From positions 682,001-746,000 of the forward strand of contig NW_026250410.1 of assembly GCF_024521635.1 (NCBI RefSeq): DNA of 64,000 bases. Direction: 5' to 3'. The position numbers and the translations under genes are program-made. Shown here piece by piece: positions 53,841-64,000 of the stretch. The notes beneath the pieces are model-generated. The model saw only the letters and a list, made by a program, of their open reading frames with translations, searched no databases and was not told the origin of the DNA. Origin of the DNA: Tricharina praecox (Eukaryota). The number at the start of each line of letters is the position of its first letter. Position 1 is the first letter of the stretch.

Positions 53841-55822
53841 CTACGTCTTCCACCCCCTCTTGGTCCCAATCTGCCGTCCCTTGATGGACCTGTAATCCTC
53901 GTACCCTTCCGAGTTACCAGCGGCAGCACCGGCACCGGCACCACCACTACTACTAGGCCTCTCCTGTTGGATTTGCTGTTGCTGAAGTTGCTGCTGCTGC
54001 AGTTGCGGAGGCGGATGTGGAGGACCCTGCATACCATATCCACCATCTCCATACCTCTGCAGCCCCTGCTGCTGTAGCTGTCCCATTTGCTGTTGCCCCA
54101 TTTGCTGTATCTGTTGCTGCATCTGCTGTTGCGAATACCCCTGCTGCTGTTGCGGCCACTGCTGCTGCTGCTGCTGCTGCTGGAACGTGGCCATCTGCTG
54201 CATAGCCTGCTGAATATTCTGTATACCTCCCATCTGCTGCATTCCACCGCCCATCTGCGCAAGGAAGTGCTGAAACGTCTGCTGCATGTGGGGCGGGACC
54301 TGGAATGGCGGCGGGATCCAGCCTTGCGGCGGCGGCGGCGGCGGTGGTGGGGCTTGCGCGAAGGCCGCGTGCGCAGTCTGCTGCGACTGCTGGAAAGTGT
54401 AGAGTTGTTGTTGCTGTTGCTGGGGGAGCCATTGTTGCTGCGGATGGGGTGGTGGTGGTGCTTGTTGTTGTTGCTGTTGCGGGGGTGGCTGGAGGATGCT
54501 GGATTGCACGGATTGCATTGAGGTTTGCGCGAAGCCGCGGTGGTACTGCGGCGCCGTGGGTTCGTGCTCGCGCTCCCGCTGTGGCGAGCGGCTGCGGGAT
54601 CGATCCCGGTCCCGTCGCGCCCTTGTCCGGCCGTCGGAAGACACCGATCTCGAGCGTCTCCGCGACCTAGATCTCGACGAGTAATCGCTCGAGAACGACG
54701 TTCTTCTCCCACGGTCATCCTCCTTCTTCAGCGGGCCCCTTCCACGGTCCTTCTCCGCCGCGGACTTCTTCTTATGCCGCATCTGCTCACAGAACGCGCG
54801 GCTCCAACCGTAGTACCCCCCACCATCGATGCCGCCGAAGCCGCCGATGGCATCCGGCTCGTCGCCCGACTCCTTGCCCGCAAACATCGCGTCCATCGAC
54901 GATAGGAAATCCTGCACCGCAGTCACTAACTTCGGCTCGGGCGTGATCGACGCGAACTGCACCGGCTTGACGAGGCGCGCGTTGATCGGCGCCGTGGAGT
55001 TCGGCGTGATCAGCGGAAGCAGGTTCCCCGCCGGCAGATCGTAGAACGGCAGCGACGGGTCGCCGTGGAACGGCGGCAGCAGCAGCATCTTCTGTTTCGA
55101 CTGCGGTTCTGCCGCCGCCGCCGGAGTAGCAGCGGACCCCTCACCCCCCTTCTCCGCCGCAACATCCCGCACCGCCGTCCGCCACTCCACCAGCACTGCA
55201 GGCGAGTAGTACCCCTTCCTCGCCCATATATCCAGCAACCGCTCCAGCCTCGCCAGCTGCTTCGCCGCCTTTGGATACGTCGCGGCCACAAACATGCCCT
55301 TCAGCACGCCCTCAAGCGCAGTCTTGAGCGCGCCGCCGTCGGGCGCAAGGAACTTCGTGTGGTGCAGCAGATCGTTGACGAGGTAGAGGAGGTGCAGCCG
55401 TTTCCTCCGCGCGCTCTCCCGCCTGCTCTTCCCCGCCACCCCCGCCACCTCTTCCGCCCCCGTCGCCGTCACCGTGGTCGTCGTCGTCGAATCCGCAAGC
55501 GCAGTCGCCAGCGCCGCGAGGAACTTCGCGAGTCCCGCCCGTCTTCCCTCAGACGCGACATTCTTGACAATCCATCGTTTACAGACCTACGGGTTCCAAA
55601 CAACGAACATTAGTCCGACGCGCTCAAAAGTTTGTATGGCATTGTCCCGTCGGCCGTGGTCTCAACCTGAATATTCCCCGGCGAGCATACGGACAGCGCT
55701 GTCGACAGCAGCGAGTGGAAGTGCGAGATCTCGTCGCGCGTTAGGGCCGCGGGGTCGGCGCGTAGAAGGCTTGCGGCTAGAGAGGCGCGCGCGATCGCGA
55801 TGGCGTGTGTGGGTGTCGTCAT
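53841..55822 (-). CDS. CID (Pol II CTD-interacting) domain protein with RS and poly-Q regions; CHERP-like
   Basis: ATG 55822, intron 55666-55587, in frame with ORF 53841-55472. CID signature CSPGNIQ|VCKRWI..RLHLLYLVNDLLHH..LERLLDIWARKGYY; PFYDLPAGNLLPLI; RS dipeptide tract; Q-rich tail. Confidence 0.85.
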
Positions 55823-56571
55823 CGCGCTGGATGGATGGATGGTGGTTCGAGTGCGCGGGTTGCGTGGGTTGGTGGGTCGAGGTTGGTGAAGACGCGGATT
55901 GTGCGCGGTGGGGATAGGTGCTGGTGGGGAGAGGTGGTATTGGTGGGGAGGTGGGGAGTAGCGAACTGAAGTTACTCTACCTAGAGTAGGTACGTCAAGC
56001 TTCAGAACCTCATAGTGCTGATCTCTGACCACATGTGAGATCCCCAACACCACCAACAACCCGGGTGACAACGAACTGCGGCCATGAATCCCGTGGTAGA
56101 TGAAGAAAGAGATGCATGATCCCGCAATCACGCCGCTGTGCATTGTCAAGTGTACCGTGTACCGATCTTATCATCTTATCATCTTATCGCAGAATCACGC
56201 CTTTATGTATCTACTCCGGATGTGTGCATTATCATTATGCTTTGTCCCATTTTGCTTGTCCGCATTTTTACTCTCGAAACCTCCCGCTCCAGCTCCCCTC
56301 CCGCTCCCCCTCCCCCCCGCCCCGAACCGCCAGAAACTACTCTACTCTACTGGAGTAGATACAGGTACATAATTGCAGTTTACAAGATTGATGTCGCTTT
56401 CCCACCCCGAAAGAAGAAGAAGAAGAAGACCCGCCTCCCTCGAACTCCAAAGTAAATAAACCATCCCAGATCGCATATAAGTTGGTCCAAGAAAACCGAA
56501 AAAAAGAAAAAAGCATCTTTTAAAAAAGAAATAGTGGGGGGGGGCCGAGCCTAACAAGTCCCGCACATGCA

Positions 56572-57877
56572 CTACATGTTCAGCGCGGCCACAGCTCTAG
56601 CGATATCCGCCTCGGCGACCATGACTGTGCCCGCCCTAGCAGTGCTGAGGTAGCTCATCTCGACGGCGCCATTTCCATTCGCGACGCCGCCCTTCGTGCC
56701 GCCGACGAGTCTCCCAGCGACGCCGCACACGATGCCGGTGGAGTCTACAGGGAGACCGCACAGGTCGAGGACGATGGGGATGAGCACATCGTCCTTGCTG
56801 CCGAGGAGGATGTCCGCGTCCGCGTCGAACATGCACAGCATGTCCTTCTGCAGCAACAGCGACACCGGCTCCAGATCCGTCAGGGTCACGCTCATGAATC
56901 GCGGCTGCGCGACTAGGCACCGCACCAGCCCGAGTTTCAGCGCGGCGTCGTGGCCGCCGATCCCTCGCCAGCCAGAGCCCCCGCCTCGACGCCCCGCGCA
57001 TAGGATCAGCTTGCAGGTCTTGTTGACCATCGGCACGACGTTCTGTTTTCGCAGGGTGCTGAAGGTCGTGTTCTCGAGGTCTGCGAGTGTTGTCGGCGGA
57101 GATAGGGATTGCGTCGACGATGTGGACGACGAATGGCGGTGGTGGCTCAGCGTCACGAAGGAGTCCGAGTACTTCTCGAAGACGAATCCTCGCTGTTGTA
57201 GAGCTTTTGTGACGCTGCTGCGGCTCTTCGCCGGTACGAGAATGTAGTCGGAGAAGTAAGTGGTGATGAAGAAAATCGATCTATATACGGGCTCTCTCGT
57301 CAGCTGCGGGTGCACGTGGTGGACGGACGGACGGAGGAGGAAGCGCCTCTTACACTCTGGCCAACGCCAATGGACTGGTTAGATCCAGCACTCTCTGTCC
57401 CGCATCGAGGCCTTCGCCGTCCACCTGGATGGCTATAAACTCCTCGGTAGAGATCGAAACCTCGCCTCGTAGGCTGGGATCGAGCTTGTCGATCACCGGA
57501 ACAAAGAACCTGGTCGCCGCTTCTTTCGAGCAGACTATCGAGCACTCGACCGGAGTCACCGATATGTTGACGAAATCGGTCGCTACCGAGGACTCGAAGA
57601 AGTCCTCATCCTCCTCCGCCTCATCCGGCTTCGGGTCCCGTGGCTCCGAAGCATTTCCGTCCTCTTTTCGATACGATTCCGGAAGGATGAGTGATAGTAT
57701 TGCTTGGACGAAGTGCGGATATAGCTGCAGCGGTATGTGGATCAAGCTCAACCGGCAGTCCTGGAGACACGGTAAACCAGTTGTTAGCAAGATTGGCTCG
57801 CGGGGGACGTTGAAGCCGCAGTCGCATCGAGGAAAGAAGCCCACCAGGAATTGAATTGAGGCACTCATGTAGGGCAT
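56572..57877 (-). CDS. CASTOR/GATS-like tandem ACT-domain protein, 3 exons
   Basis: MPYMSASIQFL|DCRLSLIHIP..FVNISVTPVECSIVC..AIQVDGEGLDAGQRVLDLTSPLALARV|SIFFITTYFSDYILVP..FMSVTLTDLEPVSLLL..DSTGIVCGVAGRL..MSYLSTARAGTVMV; ACT-repeat pattern of the CASTOR family. Start codon is uncertain (57877 or 57868). Confidence 0.85.
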
Positions 57878-60810
57878 GGACTCGAGCTGTCGGCTTTGTA
57901 TATGGTGCACGTACTGGAGATGTTTACCGGTGTTTCTAGAAAGCAAGCGACAAGTGTATCGGGTTTCTTCTTTTTCTTTTTCTTGTTCTTCTTCTTTCTC
58001 TTCTAGGTCTCTGCTGTTCAGGGCCGAGCTTGCAACGGCGGTGGGGGTTGAGTTGAGAAGCTGAGAGGTCTCGATGCGCGGGAGCGTTTCAGTCAAGATA
58101 GATGACTATTCAGAGCGATAGCGATAAAAGCCGGGAGCAGATCCTTTGTCTCGGTTGGGTAGGTGGAAGTGAGCTGTGACTTTATAGTTATAGGTAGTAC
58201 ACAATATGAAAGACCTGTGATACTTTTCTAAAGACAACACGGCAATGGAAACTGGATGACGAGAAGAAGACGGCTTCCTTATGAAAAAGGCCAACGACCG
58301 CGCAGAGTCATTCGGACTTCTCTCTAGCTCACGAGCCGGGGAGTGGTGGTGGCGGCGGTGGTGGTGCTGGAGGAGGTGGTGGATTGGAAGTTGGTTAGTC
58401 CAATCCGGAAAGCCGATGGCGGTTACCTAGTGTGGTCGCTAACGAAAGCGAATCTCTTGGGCAAACCAGGGATCAACCACCGTTCATCGTCTCATCCTTC
58501 ATCTCCTTCATCTTCTTCTCTTCATCTTCTTCTTCGGGTCAGCTTACGTTTACCGTTTGTGTCCACACGTACAGCATGTGGTTACAGTACATACGTGCGG
58601 TGTCTTTCTTTGCCAGCGGGAAGAACAGCGTTATCATCGGAGAGGATCCGAAGCTGAAGCTATGCACAGCTCCAACTCCTATCTTCCGACTCCGACGCAC
58701 ACAGCTAACCGGCAGATCATCGCCCAAACTCTATCTCGGGGACTCAATTGCCTGACGACGATGAAATATGTCGAGTAGAAGGGGGATATCAAGTAGAGGA
58801 CAGCGAAGAAAGAAAGAAACGGACAACGCGGTGAGCCATGGATGGCGCAAAGAGGGCGGAAAAGCACATTTGTTGCCGCCGTCCCCGGAGGAAGGGCGGG
58901 CGACCTGCAGCAACGCCAGTCGGCTGCAGGTGCGTGGGTGAGAGGGTGGGTGGGTGGCGAACGAGATCGGTCATTGTGCAGAAATTACGATGGCATACAT
59001 GGCCATGCCTGTCGGACCCTGCTGAGAACGATGGGGGCGGTTGGCCGCGGTGTGTGGACCCAGTAGCGAAATTCCATACAGACGCTGGCCAGGCCGTGGT
59101 CCACGATGGCTTCTAGTTCCCAGTTCCCGACCGTTAACTGAAACCCCCAAAGGCGGTACATGGGTAATCACTCGTCCGTGTGATCAAGAGCCGTGTTGGA
59201 GATATCCGAGAGATGAGACGAGACCAGGCATCAATTAGTCGCACGAGTCGAAAACACCTGAGCTCGAGTCCTCGAATCAGGTAAGTATTTGCATCAAGTA
59301 GGTGCGTATGGCTCTGCTCGGTAGGATTCGTAGTGCCGGCACGAGACGAATCAGCGCGGATCACACAGCTGTCCTGAATCCCGTCGTGTGAATCTGTGCA
59401 CGTGCCAACGTTTACTCCGACGACTCCACACCACATGGAAGGCGGCTCGCCGTTATCTACTTTCTTTAGTCACATTCCTCATACTATATCTCCACACCAG
59501 CCGAGCGCAAGGGGTGATTTTTTCCGTTTCTTTTTTTTTCCTCTTTTCTTTCTCTGCTGGGCTTGCCGTATAGGGGAGAAGGCATGGGGCGTTGGACAAA
59601 AGAAAGCAATTGCGGGGCGAGGGGAGGGGGGGCCGATAAGTATAGTACTAAGCAAGTAAGAAGTTGTTGCACGATACGATACGAGGGCACGAGAGATAGG
59701 GATTGGCCTCGCGCTCTCGGTCTCGGCTGTCTGTGTCAGGCTGTCACGCTTGGGACCGCCTCTCTTGCGTCAGGCAAGTGAGCGACAGGGGACTCTGTCG
59801 GGATGATGTCAGGGCGGGCAGGCGACAGCAGCTAGCATAACTAAGCAGAGCTGAGGAAGAGTGCAGGGAAACCGTGTGACGTGAATCAGCTAGGGCCCGA
59901 TCGTCCAAGATCACCATCCATCACTGCTAGACAACCCCCATCGTCAGTCATAGCCCGTCAATCGGCACAGAAACCATCCTAACTATGCACTTCGTCCCCG
60001 AACGGGGTCGAGGCAGCACGGCGATGATGTCTCTTGAATGGAGTGATTGTGCCACCCAATCGCAATCGACAAAAATATTCAATGCACATACTCCGCGTCG
60101 ATTTCGTTTTGAACGTAGCAACAGCTTCAATGCTAACTTCGGGCGATGAATGTGTGTATGCAGAATACTTGCGAAGTTTCGCTAACTACGTGTTTGGGCT
60201 TTTGGAGCGACGTGGAGCGTCTGGGGAAGGAGGGGGAAACGTAAAAGCAGTGAACGTAAAAGCAGCGACGTGGAAGCTGGGAACAGCAACAACCTCAAAG
60301 CGGTATCATTGTTGGTGAGCAGCTAGAGCAGCACAGCTAGAGCAGCACAGCTAGAGCAGCAACGAACGACAACCCCAGCCTTGCCAAACTTCAACGTTCA
60401 AGCCCCCCCAAACCAAACAAGCCTCGCCTTCTTCGCTCAACCCGAACTCCTCCTTCTACCTTCTACCTTCTACTTCATCCATCTCATCTCCACTTCAACC
60501 CTACTCGAAGCCACACCCATTCTCTTCCTCTTCCTGCTCCACGACACTCAAATACTGCACTGCTAGTACCGTTACCCACCACAACCAGCACTGCTTCCCA
60601 CACCACTTACTTCTCCTTCAACCCCTCTGCTACTACTACTACTACTACTACTACTTTCTCCTTCTTCTACTTCACCAATACCACTTCCTCAACCTCACGA
60701 TCGAACTAAAAAAACACTCTTACCCCCCACCATTCCCTTTGTCTACTCCGACAAACAGCAACATCTCTCCAAGCTTTCCTAATTCTCCATTGCTACCTAA
60801 CTCATCCGCG

Positions 60811-63800
60811 ATGAATCCTCTAATGATGGACCCCGTCCACGCTCACACCGGACCCACTACTCATGGCAGTGCTGTGTATCCTCACGCTATGGCAGTCAGC
60901 AATCACGGTTCCCCCATTGATCCGATTCACTACCCGCAGCAGCAGCAGCATTTCGGAATCCAAGGAGGCTTCGCCATGCCGCCGATCCATATGCAGCAAC
61001 AGCAACAGTACAACTACCGCGAACAGGTCCGTTCTTCTTCAGTTCCTGTTTTGTCCTCCCTCCAGAAGACGGACCCAACCTCGGATGCTCATGTCTCCGG
61101 AGATGTAAGGGTTCCGTTCTCCTGTCCTGCTTGGTATCATCGGTTGGGCGGGGGAGGGGGGGAGGGGGTCGTTTGAGTCTTAGTTGCTGACCTGAATTTT
61201 GTGTTTGTCTAGGACTTTGAACGCTCTTGCGTCGTCTACGTCTCCGGTTTGAACTCTGGTATCGACGATAGTACTTTCTTCGAGGCTTTCCGCAAGTTCG
61301 GTATGTCATCACTCTGCCTACCCAACGGAACATTCTCACTGATGCAATTGCAGGAAATATCCTGTCCTGTGTGCGCCGCACCGTGGATTTCGAGATGAAG
61401 CCTAGCGGACAACAATACGCCTTCATTAGATACTCTTCTCCCCAGGAGGCCGTGAGCGCCATCCAGCAAGGTGAAATCGATGTCCAGGGTCGTAAGCTGT
61501 TAGTCACTCCCACACATCGCTCACCATCTAAGAATCTGCCCAACTGACGATATGGAAAACATAGGAACATTAGGCCTCGTGACAAGAAGGGAACTCGCTC
61601 GCAGAGACAGAGCTCCCATGGGAGTCCCGAATCCAGACCTCAGTCATACGGTGCTAGAGGCGGCGAGCAGATCCTTAGATTGATCAACAAGAACCATTCG
61701 GGATCCAATCATCAAAATCGTAACCACCATTACCAGGACAGGATGTCCTACGACCGTAACAACATGGATGGCCTTCAGAACGACTACCACCAGACTCACC
61801 CGCTCAAAGCACGTCCCACTCTGCTGAGCAAGGCCTTGAATGTTGCGAACCTCCCGCCAGACATGGGTCCCAAGCATCTCTACGCGCTCTTCGAAGAGAT
61901 CGGACCGGTCGAGGGCTGCTACATCTTCCCGGTTGCAGACACCGCAGGACGTCGCTACGGACACGTCGTGATGAACTCGTTCTACTTTGCACAGAAGGCG
62001 GTTGAGTCGTTGCATGGCCGTGTACTCGGTGAGCATGTGTTGGATGTCTCCTACAAGACTTCGGATGGTACGGATGCACCACCTTCGTCTTCGGAGCCTC
62101 CTTCTCCGCCGCATGTCGTTGCTGCTCCTCCCCAGATGCAGCAGATGTTTGGCCCGCATCCTTCGTTCCATCAGCACCAGTCTGTTCAACACAACCAGGC
62201 CTTCCACAATCCCTCTCACCCCATGGGATGGGTTCAGAATGGAATGGGAAATAACTTTCCACCCCGGCACTTTGGCGGCATGCAGCAGCCACCGTACGGA
62301 GTCCCAGCACCGCACCTGATGCCTTTCTTTGGAGGTAACCAAGTCTCCATGTTCGGTCAGCCACATGTCGACGACAATCCACCCTTTGACTACCCTACGT
62401 CTCCTCCTATGCATGGGATGCGTTGGGAACAGTCCCCCGAACAGAAGCATTTCTCCGGAAATCGCAATGATCGTCGCTACGATGCTCCCCAAGGGCTTCA
62501 TGCCAACAACTACAGTCGTCAGCAGCACCAGCCCGAGTACGCCGACAGTTCGAACTCGGAACTCCAGCCTAGGAGTGTGTCCAATAGCACCATTGACTCC
62601 ACTGGTACCGCGGCAACTTCTGTGTTCCCCGCTGAAGAGAGCTTCAAGCAGGAATGCGAGAATTCCCCACCGGAGAATAAGGACGGCAAAGAAGCGGTGG
62701 TGAGCTCCTCCACCTACACTGGAGTGGGACTGAACAGCTTTGAGACCCTCACTCCTCCAATCATTCCCGAAACCAAAAAGCCGACGGATCCTTGCAACCT
62801 TTTCATTAAGAACCTGGATGATTGTGTCATCAGCACCTCGGAGGAGCTGAAGAATCTCTTTGAGTCTTTCGGGCAGGTTGCTTCCGCTCATCTTGCTACC
62901 TATCCCGAATCGAAAATTTCCAGAGGATATGGCTTTGTCGCTTTCGCCAAAGCTGAGGATGCCGCGAAGGCGAAGGATAAGATCAACAATATCTTGGTTG
63001 GAAAGAAGAGGGTGTTCGTTAGCTATGCGGAAAGGAAGGAGGACCGTGCTAAGAGACTGAAGTCTATCTTCCAAGGCAAAAACCCCGACGAGGAAGAGGA
63101 TGACGAAGTCAAGAAGGAGACGGATGAAGCCGGTGAGGCCGATGAGGCCGTAGCTACGACGGACGAAGAAGGAAACAATGGCAAGAACATGATGAAGGAG
63201 GAACCAATAGACGCTTCGATCGTCATCGAGGTTTCTACTACGGCCGATGTGGAGGAGTCTCTTAAGGCTAAGGAGGAGGAGGAGCTCCCTGTTGCGTCGA
63301 AGAAGGTTGCGACTGAATCTGGATCCAAGAGGGGAGGAGTTTCGCGTAACAAGGCTCAGGTTGGCGGGCAGAAGGGAACCACTACGAAGGGATTCAAGAG
63401 CACTCCCTTGGATAAGAGTATGCTTCATATTCCGATTTTCAGTCCACATTGCTAATGTTGTTTAGTTACCGAGGTTGAGGAAGAGAAGGTTGTCCCAACC
63501 GAAAAGTCCGTTGGAGATTCCGATGCCACTTCCGGAGTCGTCCCAGAGGTTGCCGTTACCCCATCGTTGGATGCTTTAGCCAAGGTCCCTGCTCCATTAG
63601 GTAGGACCAACAAGGCCGATGCGGAGGGTACTGGCTCCAAGGCTAGCACCGGCGGCGGCAACAACAAGCGCAGTACTCGTCGTAGCGCGGGAACTCAGAA
63701 GATCACCAGCAGTCAGGTTCAGACCGCGGTACCGAGTCTCAAGCAGATCAGCAGCCTTGGACGTTCGTCTTCGAGGATCCCCGTGCAGAACATGGGAGGT

Positions 63801-64000
63801 CCTCTACAGAACATCCCGCCTACTGGACCCCGTTTGAACAACGATGTCACGACTCAGAACCAGGGTAACCCGACTGCTACTACCATCGCTGCTGCCGCCG
63901 GTGGACCCAATCACTATCCCAAGAGGCGTGGCGGATACAAGGGCAACAACCCTCGTAATGGACGCAGCCTGGTGGACAAGAGCGGAGCTGACGGAGCCAC
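60811..64000 (+). CDS. Three-RRM RNA-binding protein (Crp79/Meu5-like); 3' end runs off the window
   Basis: ATG 60811. RRM1 reconstructed across small exons (VVYVSGLN..FRKF|GNILS..QYAFIRY); RRM2 LNVANLPPD..RRYGHVVM; RRM3 NLFIKNLDD..SRGYGFVAF..KRVFVSYAERKEDR; intron near 63418-63465; open to the window end. Confidence 0.85.

Noticed and set aside
61644..63449. 601-aa minus-strand ORF
   Set aside because: Codon-aligned antisense shadow of the RRM gene exon; no domain features.

Overview
Eukaryotic, intron-rich fungal genomic DNA (GT..CTAAC..AG introns; filamentous ascomycete, probably an early-diverging Pezizomycotina lineage such as Pezizomycetes - the taxonomy is inference). About 15 protein-coding genes, mostly conserved housekeeping: CYK3 (3'-partial, absent from the ORF track), an AIG2-like gamma-glutamylcyclotransferase, GPN1/NPA3, HID1/ECM30, a Tpp1-like DNA 3'-phosphatase, an Any1-like PQ-loop protein, a Pmp3 proteolipid, a KDM5/Lid2 demethylase, a questin-oxidase/HypA-like protein, HAT2, XRN1, a small GPI-type secreted protein, a CID-domain CHERP-like protein, a CASTOR-like ACT protein and a three-RRM protein resembling fission-yeast Crp79/Meu5 (3'-partial). 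The most unusual element is an intact piggyBac-derived ORF (41736-43967). It has altered catalytic motifs, no visible terminal inverted repeats, an in-frame 13 x 21-bp acidic heptad insert and a 3 x 42-bp tail, which makes it a candidate domesticated transposase. Three large intergenic regions are rich in microsatellites. No tRNA, rRNA or CRISPR was recognised. All homology calls come from motif recall, not database searches, and I see no firmly supported multi-gene novel system.
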